Source of the DNA: Escherichia phage vB_EcoM_G17
Strand: one strand, 5' to 3'
DNA length: 64,000 bases
Sequence record: MK327931.1
The position numbers were made by a program, and so were the translations under genes. The notes beneath the pieces are model-generated. The model worked only from the letters and a program-made list of their open reading frames with translations, made no database searches and was not told where the DNA came from. Shown here in pieces: positions 25,040 through 34,380 of this stretch (positions are counted from its first letter, which is position 1; every line of letters begins with the position of its first letter).

Positions 25040-26176
25040 ATGTTACCTTTTGTTAGAATGTTAAATTATGGGAACGTAGCACCAGAAAAACTAAAAGTTC
25101 GTGATATTGTTGCAGGTGCTAATTCATTATTACTAATAACCGAGGATAATGAATTATGGGTGCGTGGTAATAATTCGTATGGCAAATTAGGTATAGGAAC
25201 TGATACTATAGTGAATGTAACCGAGTGGACTAAAGTTAGAGATGATGTTAAGTTTGCTTGTGCTAGTAATTTAGTATGCGTTGTATTAACTGTAGATAAT
25301 AAAATTTTCTACTGTGGTGATGAATGGTTTGAATCTGGTGGTTCGACAAGTTCTAAAGTTGTTACATGGAAAGATGTTACGACACAATTTAGTGCAGTGA
25401 ATCTAAGCACAGTACGTGAAATGAAAATGACTTCTTATTGTGTAGGATTACTTACAAATGATAATAGATTATATGCTAAAGGATATGATAATAACCAATC
25501 ATTTGGTGGTTCAACAAGCAAAGTTAATGCTGTATTAGTTGCGTCAAATGTTTCAAAATTCTACACTTCTCTATCTGGTACTATATATTCTAGTACTACT
25601 GGTGGTTACTACCGCTGTGGTATAAGCAATACTGGAGCATTGGGTACTAGCACAAATTTAACTTCTTATAATTTGTACTCTGCTCCCGAATTTGCATCCG
25701 AATGTGCAGTTGGTATGTCAACATTAAACTCTGGTATATTATATTATGATACTAATGGTAGCACTAGATATGTTATAGCAGGTCAAAATAGATATTATCA
25801 ACTAGGTAATTCTTCTTCAAATACCACAAACGTATATTCGTATACAGAATTAACCGGATATAGAGGCAGGTTTAGGGATTTGTGGAGTGATATGAATAAC
25901 TCTGTTCTTTCTTTTGCTATAAGCACAGATGGCAATACTTTATATTATGCTGGTACTAACACTACACTATCTTCTGGTGACCCTGGTGTTGAATATTCAT
26001 CTACATTTAAAGAAGTACCACACGGGTTTAATGATATAACAAAGGCGGCATCGTTAGCCTATCTATCTATAGTGCAAGATTCAACGGGATGGTATTATTC
26101 TGGAAATGCAACTACGTTATATGGTTTGCCATCGAGTGATGAATTTATACCATTACCATTACCAACAATAATTTAA
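25040..26176 (+). CDS. MLPF-family RCC1-like repeat protein R1
   Basis: N-terminus MLPFVRMLNYGNVAP; repeated G-x-N-x-(Y/G)-(G/Q)-LG-x-G motifs (NNSYGKLGIGT, QNRYYQLGNSS); start trimmed from 25022 to the ATG with AAGGAGGG SD. Confidence 0.7.
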   Translation: MLPFVRMLNYGNVAPEKLKVRDIVAGANSLLLITEDNELWVRGNNSYGKLGIGTDTIVNVTEWTKVRDDVKFACASNLVCVVLTVDNKIFYCGDEWFESGGSTSSKVVTWKDVTTQFSAVNLSTVREMKMTSYCVGLLTNDNRLYAKGYDNNQSFGGSTSKVNAVLVASNVSKFYTSLSGTIYSSTTGGYYRCGISNTGALGTSTNLTSYNLYSAPEFASECAVGMSTLNSGILYYDTNGSTRYVIAGQNRYYQLGNSSSNTTNVYSYTELTGYRGRFRDLWSDMNNSVLSFAISTDGNTLYYAGTNTTLSSGDPGVEYSSTFKEVPHGFNDITKAASLAYLSIVQDSTGWYYSGNATTLYGLPSSDEFIPLPLPTII

Positions 26177-26182
26177 ATACAG

Positions 26183-26211
26183 GCCAGTACTTGATACTGG
26201 CTTTTCTTTTT
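26183..26211 (+). terminator. Rho-independent terminator after R1 (GCCAGTA-N5-TACTGGC plus T-run)
   Basis: Inverted repeat followed by ttttctttttt; next promoter -10 TATAAT at 26226-26231. Confidence 0.6.
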
Positions 26212-26247
26212 TGTATTAAATATAGTATAATGAATAAGGAGGGAAAT

Positions 26248-27450
26248 ATGTTACCTTTTGGAAGAATGGTTAAGTACGCAAATATTGCACCAGGTCCAGA
26301 ACCTGTAGAGTTCTCAGATGTTTTACAACAACATTATACAAACTGTATGTATCTCCATAACCCAACTAATACTTTATATGGTTATGGTAGTAATAACTTT
26401 TACCAATTTGGTCTTGGGAATTCAGCAGCAGTTTCGTCATTTACAGTACTTGCAAGGAACTGTGCAGCCTTTTGGCTTGGTGTTCAAGGTTCATTGATGA
26501 TTGATTTGGATAATAAAATATACTACACTGGGTCGGTTGGTGCATTTTCTGATTATGGAGATGCAACACCTGTTAATGGTTATTTGACAACATGGACTGA
26601 TGTTACTGTTGCATTTAATAAAATAGGTGTTATGGCTAATATGATCAAGAGTGTATATATAGGTGAAAGTACTAGAATATTATTAACCGATGGTAGAGTA
26701 ATTGCGTGTGGAAGAAATACTAATGGTGAATGTGGCTCTGGTAATAAAAATTCCATCCCTACACTCACAGTTATGACTAATATGGGTGAAGTTACACATA
26801 TGGCATGTTCATTACAAGGAACGCACTATATCAAATCAAATAAAGATGCATGGTTTTGTGGTAAGGATAACTTTGGTGAAAGTGGATGTGGTGGTAGTTT
26901 TGTTGTATATTTGAACAAATTCGTGATTAGTAATGTAGAACATATTAGTACTACATACGATGTTACTTGGTGGTTTACTACTGGTGGGCCTGTATATTAT
27001 AGCGGGGCTAACAGTTCTGGACAAGCTGGTAATGGTACGACTACATCGGTAAATCAGCTAACACCAATTAGGAACACATCGGTCACGGTTGATGTAAGTA
27101 AGTACAGTACTTTTATTTGTCCAAGTAATATGGGAAATGCATCAATTGGTGCACCTATGGCACAATACGCACCATATGTTAGAAGTAGTGGTGCTAACTC
27201 ATATGGTCAAGAAGGTAATGGAACTAATACATTAGTTAGAACTTGGAATATTTTTAATCTTAGTGCAATAAGTGGTGGTTATGACAATGTTCTTATGGCA
27301 TCTAAAGATTGGAGCAGAACCATAATAATTACTAAAGATTATAAATTATATGCATGTGGTGGCTGGAATGGTAGTGGTGGTAGATTACCTGATGGCACTT
27401 ATAGTATTACTACACTAACATTAATGCCAACGCAGTTATGGCAACAATAG
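26248..27450 (+). CDS. MLPF-family RCC1-like repeat protein R2
   Basis: MLPFGRMVKYANIAP; motifs SNNFYQFGLGN, RNTNGECGSGN, ANSYGQEGNGT; start trimmed from 26191. Confidence 0.7.
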   Translation: MLPFGRMVKYANIAPGPEPVEFSDVLQQHYTNCMYLHNPTNTLYGYGSNNFYQFGLGNSAAVSSFTVLARNCAAFWLGVQGSLMIDLDNKIYYTGSVGAFSDYGDATPVNGYLTTWTDVTVAFNKIGVMANMIKSVYIGESTRILLTDGRVIACGRNTNGECGSGNKNSIPTLTVMTNMGEVTHMACSLQGTHYIKSNKDAWFCGKDNFGESGCGGSFVVYLNKFVISNVEHISTTYDVTWWFTTGGPVYYSGANSSGQAGNGTTTSVNQLTPIRNTSVTVDVSKYSTFICPSNMGNASIGAPMAQYAPYVRSSGANSYGQEGNGTNTLVRTWNIFNLSAISGGYDNVLMASKDWSRTIIITKDYKLYACGGWNGSGGRLPDGTYSITTLTLMPTQLWQQ

Positions 27451-27458
27451 GAGGGAAT

Positions 27459-28568
27459 ATGTTACCTTTTGGAAGAATGATTAGGTATGGAAATATTGTC
27501 CCTGGTCCTAAAAAAATAATTAAAGTTGGTGCTTCTACCCAAGGCCAATTCTTATTGACTGATTCACATGATTTATATTACATAGGTAGAAATCAAGGTG
27601 GTGAATCTGGAAATGGTAATACCAACACGGTGTCTTCGTGGACATTAGTAAGTGCAGATGTTTCTAATTTTTTCGTGGGTGATCGTACACTTGTTATTAT
27701 TAAAAATGATAATACGATATGGACATCAGGTCAAACGTACTGGTTCTCATCTTCTACAACTACTTCTTACAGTACTGTATTAGTTGAAAGAACTAATTGG
27801 TTTACCAATGCTATACCAGTAAGTGAAATTGCTAATATTGTATGCACAAATGGTTTAATATTTGTACTTAGCACTAATTCAGTACTCTATGGTGCAGGAG
27901 ATAATGGATATCGTGGTTCTTTGGGTATTGGTTCATCATCAATTTACACATTAACTCAATGTGCTACGAACGTTCGTAAAGTAATGACCAATGCGAATGA
28001 TAGTATGTATCTTACATTAGATAATAAGCTATATAGTTCTGGATGGAATAGTAGTGGGCAGCATGGTACGGGGAACCAAACACAAATTAACACTTGGGGA
28101 TTGCGTAGTTCTGGTGTAATCGATGCAGCCATTGGTGGTAATGCATTAAATTACTATAATGGTACATCATATTTCGTATGTGGTCAAACTCCAAACTTTC
28201 TTAGTTCAGGTACGACTACATTCCGTGCAGTTCCTTTAAGTACTTTGCCTAATAGTTCTCCATTGTTTATGACGAATTCACCTGCCTTAAATACTGCTAC
28301 ACAAATGGTAATTACTAGTACATATCAGAAGGGTGTTGGGGCGAACCGTGGTTTGGGATTAAACAATTCTCAAACTGGTGCTATATATAGTGCTACCAAT
28401 TTACAATTACCCGTTGAAGTTAGTGAGATTAGGGATGTTCTTTTTAGTGATGGTTTGACATCGATATTAACCAAAAATGGAGACGTGTATAGTACTGGAT
28501 CGTATTACGCCATTCCAGGTGCAATCGAGGATGTTGCAGTCTTTACTAAAATTGATTTACCAAAATAA
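27459..28568 (+). CDS. MLPF-family RCC1-like repeat protein R3
   Basis: MLPFGRMIRYGNIVP; motifs RNQGGESGNGN, DNGYRGSLGIG, WNSSGQHGTGN; no terminator between R2 and R3 (co-transcribed). Confidence 0.7.
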   Translation: MLPFGRMIRYGNIVPGPKKIIKVGASTQGQFLLTDSHDLYYIGRNQGGESGNGNTNTVSSWTLVSADVSNFFVGDRTLVIIKNDNTIWTSGQTYWFSSSTTTSYSTVLVERTNWFTNAIPVSEIANIVCTNGLIFVLSTNSVLYGAGDNGYRGSLGIGSSSIYTLTQCATNVRKVMTNANDSMYLTLDNKLYSSGWNSSGQHGTGNQTQINTWGLRSSGVIDAAIGGNALNYYNGTSYFVCGQTPNFLSSGTTTFRAVPLSTLPNSSPLFMTNSPALNTATQMVITSTYQKGVGANRGLGLNNSQTGAIYSATNLQLPVEVSEIRDVLFSDGLTSILTKNGDVYSTGSYYAIPGAIEDVAVFTKIDLPK

Positions 28569-28574
28569 CATAAT

Positions 28575-28604
28575 GCCAGTACTCTGTACTGGCTTTCTTA
28601 TTTG
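28575..28604 (+). terminator. Rho-independent terminator after R3
   Basis: GCCAGTAC-tct-GTACTGGC then T-rich tract. Confidence 0.6.
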
Positions 28605-28638
28605 TATTAAATATAGTATAATGAATAAAGGAGGGAAT

Positions 28639-29808
28639 ATGTTACCTTTTGGAAGAATGATTAAGTACGGAAATATTGCACCTGCTAAACCAAATATTAA
28701 AAAAATACTTGCTAACAACTATAATGTTGCTGTTTTAACAAACAGTGGTGATTTATATGTGCGTGGTGAGAATGCAAATGGTCTTTTGGGTTTAGGTCAC
28801 AAAAATACTGTTACTACATGGACTTATAGTACTTCTGGTGTTCAAGATTTTTGGATGGGAGCCACGACGATAGTTCTTAAGAAAAGCAATGATGAAATAT
28901 GGTACAGTGGAAGTTCAACAACTGTTGGTATGAAAGGGGCAGCAGTATCAATATGGACTTCTGCTATGCCAACATTCGATACATTAACATTACCAATATT
29001 AGATATAGCAGTTAGTTATCAGACTACAAGTGTGTTACTGTCAGACCAAACAATATGGAGTACTGGAGTGGGGTCAGATGGTCAGTTGGGTGATGGGACA
29101 ACAACTAACAATATTGCTGGTAAATTCGTCAAAAGTACTGTTCCGGCCGCAGCAAATCAATTACCTGTTAAATTGTTTGCAAGTAATTTAATGCACGGTT
29201 ATGTTACAAACCAAGGATGGCTATTTTATACAGGAAGAGTAAATGCAGTTACAAGTTCAGGAAGTAAGTTATATACTATATATTATGGTGCTCCTACCAG
29301 CTTAAGAAATACAATTAATATCAAGTACTACACGGAGAATGGTACTTCAATGGCAATGGCAATTGGTACTGATCCAAATGGAAAAACCATCATCGCAAAT
29401 GGCGGTTCGAGAATATTTGGTGCACAAGCAGATGGGACAAATGGTTCTCTCAATGATTATAGAGCATTTGAGGTTCAAACTGCTTCACTAATGCCACCCG
29501 GTGATGTAGTAAGCATTGCTAACAATACTTCATATTATAACCAAGTTATTGCTACAACAGATGGTATATATTGTTGCGGCTACAATCAATCTTCAGAAGC
29601 TGGTATGTTAGGTATTGGTACATCTACCAATGCATTGGTATATACCAAAGCAATCGTGCCTGATGGGTTTGATTATAGTAAGTCGCAGATGGCAGGTGGG
29701 TATAACCGAACTTATATAACTGATGGTAATTTTGTATATAGCACAGGGACAAATGTCACATATGGTGGCGTTAGTAGCTTAGAATTTGTATTAGATTCAC
29801 CAGTTTAA
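28639..29808 (+). CDS. MLPF-family RCC1-like repeat protein R4
   Basis: MLPFGRMIKYGNIAP; motifs ENANGLLGLGH, VGSDGQLGDGT, YNQSSEAGMLGIGT; start trimmed from 28477. Confidence 0.7.
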   Translation: MLPFGRMIKYGNIAPAKPNIKKILANNYNVAVLTNSGDLYVRGENANGLLGLGHKNTVTTWTYSTSGVQDFWMGATTIVLKKSNDEIWYSGSSTTVGMKGAAVSIWTSAMPTFDTLTLPILDIAVSYQTTSVLLSDQTIWSTGVGSDGQLGDGTTTNNIAGKFVKSTVPAAANQLPVKLFASNLMHGYVTNQGWLFYTGRVNAVTSSGSKLYTIYYGAPTSLRNTINIKYYTENGTSMAMAIGTDPNGKTIIANGGSRIFGAQADGTNGSLNDYRAFEVQTASLMPPGDVVSIANNTSYYNQVIATTDGIYCCGYNQSSEAGMLGIGTSTNALVYTKAIVPDGFDYSKSQMAGGYNRTYITDGNFVYSTGTNVTYGGVSSLEFVLDSPV

Positions 29809-29814
29809 ATATAT

Positions 29815-29845
29815 GCCAGTACTCTGTACTGGCATTCTTATTTGT
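29815..29845 (+). terminator. Rho-independent terminator after R4
   Basis: GCCAGTAC-tct-GTACTGGC then attcttatttg. Confidence 0.55.
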
Positions 29846-29879
29846 ATTAAATATAGTATAATGAATAAAGGAGGGAAAT

Positions 29880-31028
29880 ATGTTACCTTTTGCAAGAATG
29901 ATGAATTATGGGAATATTGCCCCTGGTAAGGATAGGCGTTTTAAAATATATTCAAGTGATTCTATGTATCTTCATGATACTTATACTAATAAGTTGTATG
30001 CATCTTCTGCGACGAATTGGGGTACTGGAACAGGTGTAGCATCGAGTAAATTTATTCTTTGTGCAGAGAATGTTAAACGAGTTCTATTGGAAGATAACAG
30101 TAGTAGTTGTCAATTGTATGAAGAGAAAGGTACTGGAAAAGTTTTTATCACTGGTAACACGAAGGCATTCACTGGTGTAACTGATACAAAAACTTTGTGG
30201 ACGGACTGTACTACGTGGATAACATCAGGTGGTATTAATGTTTCTGATATAAAATACATGAGTAGTTTTAATGATATGAAGGTGAATTTGATAACAAACG
30301 ATGGTACGTTGTATTGTTGTGGAGTTAACAATAACTCGAACCTATCATCATTTGGTGATGGTACAAACATTAATTCTTTTAACACATTCAAAAGGGTAGA
30401 TACTATAACTTCGGTTAAAAAGGCAGTTGGTAACATATACCTAAAAGAAGATAATACTTTATGGGGTTGTGGTTTTAACTATTACTATCAGTTAGGTACA
30501 GGTAATCAAACTTCTATTACTGGGGTGACGATGATTGCTTCGGATGTTATAGATTTTGATGTAAGTTATCAAAGTACATTTTTTATTAAATCGGATAATA
30601 ATTTGTACGCTTGTGGTAAACAGTTCGGTGCACAATACGGGAACGAATTTGGCACAGGTGGTACTTCTTCATCTACCGATATACAATACAAAACTCCGAC
30701 ATTATTGAGTTCAGGAGTTTATACTCTATATACTTGTGTTAGTAACATGGCATCACATATAGCTAAAGGTGATGAAGTTCTATACGCATCTGGGTCGAAT
30801 GGATTTGGTCAATTAGGTGTTGGTAATAATATTAATCAGTACTCATATACTCCTTCGTATACTTCGTTTAATAGTTCGTGTAATTTGGTACGCACTCCAT
30901 CTGGTTCACTTATACTTACGGACACTGAGCAATTATATTATTGTGGGTATGCTATGGTAGTAATGGGGGGAATTGCTGGACAAAACATTCTTAGTTATAC
31001 AGAAGTTGATATGTCATTTATACAATGA
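29880..31028 (+). CDS. MLPF-family RCC1-like repeat protein R5
   Basis: MLPFARMMNYGNIAP; motifs FNYYYQLGTGN, SNGFGQLGVGN. Confidence 0.7.
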   Translation: MLPFARMMNYGNIAPGKDRRFKIYSSDSMYLHDTYTNKLYASSATNWGTGTGVASSKFILCAENVKRVLLEDNSSSCQLYEEKGTGKVFITGNTKAFTGVTDTKTLWTDCTTWITSGGINVSDIKYMSSFNDMKVNLITNDGTLYCCGVNNNSNLSSFGDGTNINSFNTFKRVDTITSVKKAVGNIYLKEDNTLWGCGFNYYYQLGTGNQTSITGVTMIASDVIDFDVSYQSTFFIKSDNNLYACGKQFGAQYGNEFGTGGTSSSTDIQYKTPTLLSSGVYTLYTCVSNMASHIAKGDEVLYASGSNGFGQLGVGNNINQYSYTPSYTSFNSSCNLVRTPSGSLILTDTEQLYYCGYAMVVMGGIAGQNILSYTEVDMSFIQ

Positions 31029-31034
31029 TTTAAT

Positions 31035-31063
31035 GCCAGTACACTGTACTGGCTTTCTTATTT
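31035..31063 (+). terminator. Rho-independent terminator after R5
   Basis: GCCAGTAC-act-GTACTGGC then T-rich tract. Confidence 0.6.
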
Positions 31064-31099
31064 GTATTAAATATAGTATAATGAATAAAGGAGGAATTT

Positions 31100-32242
31100 A
31101 TGTTACCTTTTGCAAGAATGATGAATTATGGGAATATTGCACCAGAACCAAAACCTCTATTTAAAAATAGATTACAAGCAAATTATAATACTCGTTTTTA
31201 TTTGCATGTTAATGGTGACTTGTACTGGTATGGTTCATCTTCATTTGGACAAGGTGGTAATGGTTCATTACAATCATCCACCGTATGGACCCGTGTGAAT
31301 AATAATATTGAACGTTACTGGGGTGGTGTTCTTGGTTCCATTGCCATTAAGAATGATGGAACTATTTGGTTCACAGGTGCTAGTATAGTAATGCCACAAA
31401 TCGGAACAAATACAAATGGGGTTTGGATTGATGTAACCCAGTACTTCACTGATTTTGGTGTCAGTGCTGATGATATTGATGGTATTGCTGTTGGGCAGAA
31501 TTTGCGTGTATTTTTAAAAAATGGAAAATGGTTCTACTGTGGTACTGGCGAAGCTGGTGTATTTGGTAACGCGTCAACAGCTAATGTCACATCGTTCAGA
31601 TACAGCACTATAGAAAATGTTAAAAGTTATGGCTGTTCTTTGCTCAGTACTGGGTTAGTACTTGATGATGGCTCCTATTGGTATGCAGGAAATACTGTTG
31701 CTCCTGGTAGTACAAAAACATCAAATATATTAAGTTTTACAAAAGACAATACGATCACCAATGCTATACAAGCTGTAAATACATACCGTACTTCATATAT
31801 ATTTCTTAATGATGGTTCAGTGAAGGTTGCTTCACCAAATGCATATGGTCAAGCTGGTGTAGGTACAGTATCAGCAGTACCAATGAGTACATTAATTCCC
31901 AATTTATCATTCCAAGGTGAAATAGAGTTGGTGGGTGGTTTATCCAACAACGAAGGGAATGGATGTGTTGTTAAAAATAATAATAAGTTATATACTTGTG
32001 GTCGAAATACCTATGGTCTATGTGGTGTTAATCAAACATCCGAAAATATACTAACTTTCACCGAAATGGTTCTTGATGCATTAGAAGGAAGACGAATTTC
32101 AGGCTTCGTAAATGATAATTTCTATTCAATGATAATTGATGAAAATAACAATTTGTATATGTGTGGTTTGGCTGAACTTGGAAATGTTCCAGTCAATAGA
32201 GTTCCAACAAGGGTTCCTGATTCACTTCTACCGTGGAAATAA
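31100..32242 (+). CDS. MLPF-family RCC1-like repeat protein R6
   Basis: MLPFARMMNYGNIAP; motifs SSSFGQGGNGS, PNAYGQAGVGT, RNTYGLCGVN. Confidence 0.7.
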   Translation: MLPFARMMNYGNIAPEPKPLFKNRLQANYNTRFYLHVNGDLYWYGSSSFGQGGNGSLQSSTVWTRVNNNIERYWGGVLGSIAIKNDGTIWFTGASIVMPQIGTNTNGVWIDVTQYFTDFGVSADDIDGIAVGQNLRVFLKNGKWFYCGTGEAGVFGNASTANVTSFRYSTIENVKSYGCSLLSTGLVLDDGSYWYAGNTVAPGSTKTSNILSFTKDNTITNAIQAVNTYRTSYIFLNDGSVKVASPNAYGQAGVGTVSAVPMSTLIPNLSFQGEIELVGGLSNNEGNGCVVKNNNKLYTCGRNTYGLCGVNQTSENILTFTEMVLDALEGRRISGFVNDNFYSMIIDENNNLYMCGLAELGNVPVNRVPTRVPDSLLPWK

Positions 32243-32248
32243 TATAAT

Positions 32249-32278
32249 GCCAGTATCAAGTACTGGCATTTCTTTTTG
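32249..32278 (+). terminator. Rho-independent terminator after R6
   Basis: GCCAGTA-tcaag-TACTGGC then T-rich tract. Confidence 0.6.
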
Positions 32279-32312
32279 ATTAAATATAGTATAACAAATA
32301 AAGGAGGGAATT

Positions 32313-33500
32313 ATGTTACCTTTTGCAAGAATGATGAATTATGGGAATATTGCCCCAGTACCACTTCAAATTAAGAAAATAATCCCAACTGATTTAGATG
32401 TTGTGGTTCTGTATACGGATGGTCAACTATATGCACGTGGGAATAATAGTTTTGGGAAATTCGGTAGAGGAAACAACACTGCATTAAAATCATGGACATT
32501 AATTAGAGAAAACGTTAACGATTGCTGGCTTACACAAGGAACTTTATTAGTAAAAGACAATGACTCAAATTATTATTACTGTGGATATGGTAGTCATATT
32601 GGTTTATCAACTAGTACTACTACGTTTTTAAGTTATAACCAATATATTCAAAATTTGTACACACAAAGTTCAAGTACTTCAATTAAACAGATGTATGGAG
32701 GTACTACGTGGTTTACTTTCTTAATGGACAATAATACAATATGGAGTACAGGGTGGAACAGTGCTAGACAATTCGCCGATGGAACGGGAACTACTTATGA
32801 AATAACCGATGGTTCATTTGTAAAAGCGGTCACACCTAATGTTGATATTGCACAAATACAGTCAACAAATAACTGTGTATTGTTGTTTGATAAACAAAAT
32901 AATTTATATATTGGTGGTGTTACATCCGGTATAAGTTCCGCGACTACATGGACTTCATATAATCAATATACTTTATATCAACCAAATACAACATACACAA
33001 AAACGTTACAATACACAGGATGCTCAACTGGTGCAGTAAGTGCTTTAGTTGAAAATCCAAATACAGGAGCACGTCAGTTCCTTGTCGGTGGGTTAGCTAA
33101 TAATGGGGCATGGGGAAATAACACTACATCTAGCTCTGTTAATGGAGTTTTAGGAAATAACAGTACGACGTTACCACCCGGTACTTTGTATTCAATTCAT
33201 ACTGGATACCCACCACAATCTAGTATACTAATTACGAGTACTGGTGTATATGCAACTGGTTTAAATGCCAGTAGTTATGCTGGTTCATTGGGTATTGGTA
33301 CTAGTGCAACTGTTGGTAAGTTTACTGCATGTCCAATGCCTACACAAATAACATATTCTATGTATGATAAAATAAAAATATATAGAGGTTCATATCGTAC
33401 ATTTCTAACTGATATGAAAAATATATATTCAACCGGAACTTATGATGATGGTGGTCCTAGTACAACTAGATATGTACTAGATACACCCCGACAATTATAA
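32313..33500 (+). CDS. MLPF-family RCC1-like repeat protein R7
   Basis: MLPFARMMNYGNIAP; motifs NNSFGKFGRGN, NASSYAGSLGIGT. Confidence 0.7.
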   Translation: MLPFARMMNYGNIAPVPLQIKKIIPTDLDVVVLYTDGQLYARGNNSFGKFGRGNNTALKSWTLIRENVNDCWLTQGTLLVKDNDSNYYYCGYGSHIGLSTSTTTFLSYNQYIQNLYTQSSSTSIKQMYGGTTWFTFLMDNNTIWSTGWNSARQFADGTGTTYEITDGSFVKAVTPNVDIAQIQSTNNCVLLFDKQNNLYIGGVTSGISSATTWTSYNQYTLYQPNTTYTKTLQYTGCSTGAVSALVENPNTGARQFLVGGLANNGAWGNNTTSSSVNGVLGNNSTTLPPGTLYSIHTGYPPQSSILITSTGVYATGLNASSYAGSLGIGTSATVGKFTACPMPTQITYSMYDKIKIYRGSYRTFLTDMKNIYSTGTYDDGGPSTTRYVLDTPRQL

Positions 33501-33507
33501 TATAATA

Positions 33508-33537
33508 GCCAGTACTCAGTACTGGCTTTTCTTTTTG
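33508..33537 (+). terminator. Rho-independent terminator after R7
   Basis: GCCAGTAC-tca-GTACTGGC then ttttctttttg. Confidence 0.6.
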
Positions 33538-33572
33538 TATTAAATATATTATAATGAATAAAGGAGGGAATT

Positions 33573-34310
33573 ATGTTACCTTTTGGAAGAATGATTAAGT
33601 ACGGGAATGAAATTGAATATAAGCCACATGGTGAACAATTAATCACGACAATAGGAACAACACAATTTACAGTTCCTGCTGGCGTTACCGAAATATCAGT
33701 ATGTGTTATTTCGCCGGGTGGTCAACGTGGTGCTGGCGGCGGCTTATCGTGGCGTAATAATATTCCGGTTACTAGTGGTGAGTACTTAAGTGTTTCTCTT
33801 ACGCATACCAACACTACTACACCAGTTGAAAACGGTTTATATCGTGGAACTGAAAAACTATGTGTTAGCTTCACTGGTGCATATACGGTTGGTGGACTAG
33901 GTGGAAAAGCTGCTAACGCTATTAATGATGGTGGTGGTAATGGTGGCAATACTGGTGTAAGTGGTGGTGCAGTCATTGGTGGTGGTGCTGGTGGCTACAC
34001 AGGTAAAGGTGGTAACGGAGATGCAATCACTGGTGAAAATGGTGCTGGCGGCGGCGGGGGCGGTGGTACATTCTATAATACCTCGTTCATTGGTACGGGT
34101 GGTGGTACTGGTATCATTGTTCAAGGTGCTAATGGTATTGGTGGTAGCTACGGTGGTTCATATAATGGTGGTGCTGGTAGTGGTGGTGCTGGTAAGATGT
34201 ATGGTGGTGGTGGTAGTATATGGGATAATTCTTCTTATACGGCTGCTGGTGGTGGTGCTGTGCGAATAATATGGGGAAATGGGAGATATTATCCTAACAA
34301 TTCAGTATAA
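33573..34310 (+). CDS. MLPF-family glycine-rich protein R8 (245 aa)
   Basis: Same promoter/RBS cassette and N-terminus MLPFGRMIKYGN, but body is Gly-rich (GGAGGYTGKGGNGDAITGENGAGGGGGGG...). Confidence 0.65.
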   Translation: MLPFGRMIKYGNEIEYKPHGEQLITTIGTTQFTVPAGVTEISVCVISPGGQRGAGGGLSWRNNIPVTSGEYLSVSLTHTNTTTPVENGLYRGTEKLCVSFTGAYTVGGLGGKAANAINDGGGNGGNTGVSGGAVIGGGAGGYTGKGGNGDAITGENGAGGGGGGGTFYNTSFIGTGGGTGIIVQGANGIGGSYGGSYNGGAGSGGAGKMYGGGGSIWDNSSYTAAGGGAVRIIWGNGRYYPNNSV

Positions 34311-34317
34311 AATATAG

Positions 34318-34347
34318 GCCAGTACAGAGTACTGGCTTTTCTTTTTG
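34318..34347 (+). terminator. Rho-independent terminator after R8
   Basis: GCCAGTAC-aga-GTACTGGC then ttttctttttg. Confidence 0.6.
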
Positions 34348-34380
34348 ATTAAATATAGTATAATGAATAAAGGAGGAAAT

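Noticed and set aside
33722-34269. Track ORFs overlapping the Gly-rich gene (33722..33976 -, 33897..34124 -, 33961..34269 +)
   Set aside because: They are alternative-frame and antisense readings of a GGT/GGC-rich repeat, a typical artefact of low-complexity coding sequence.
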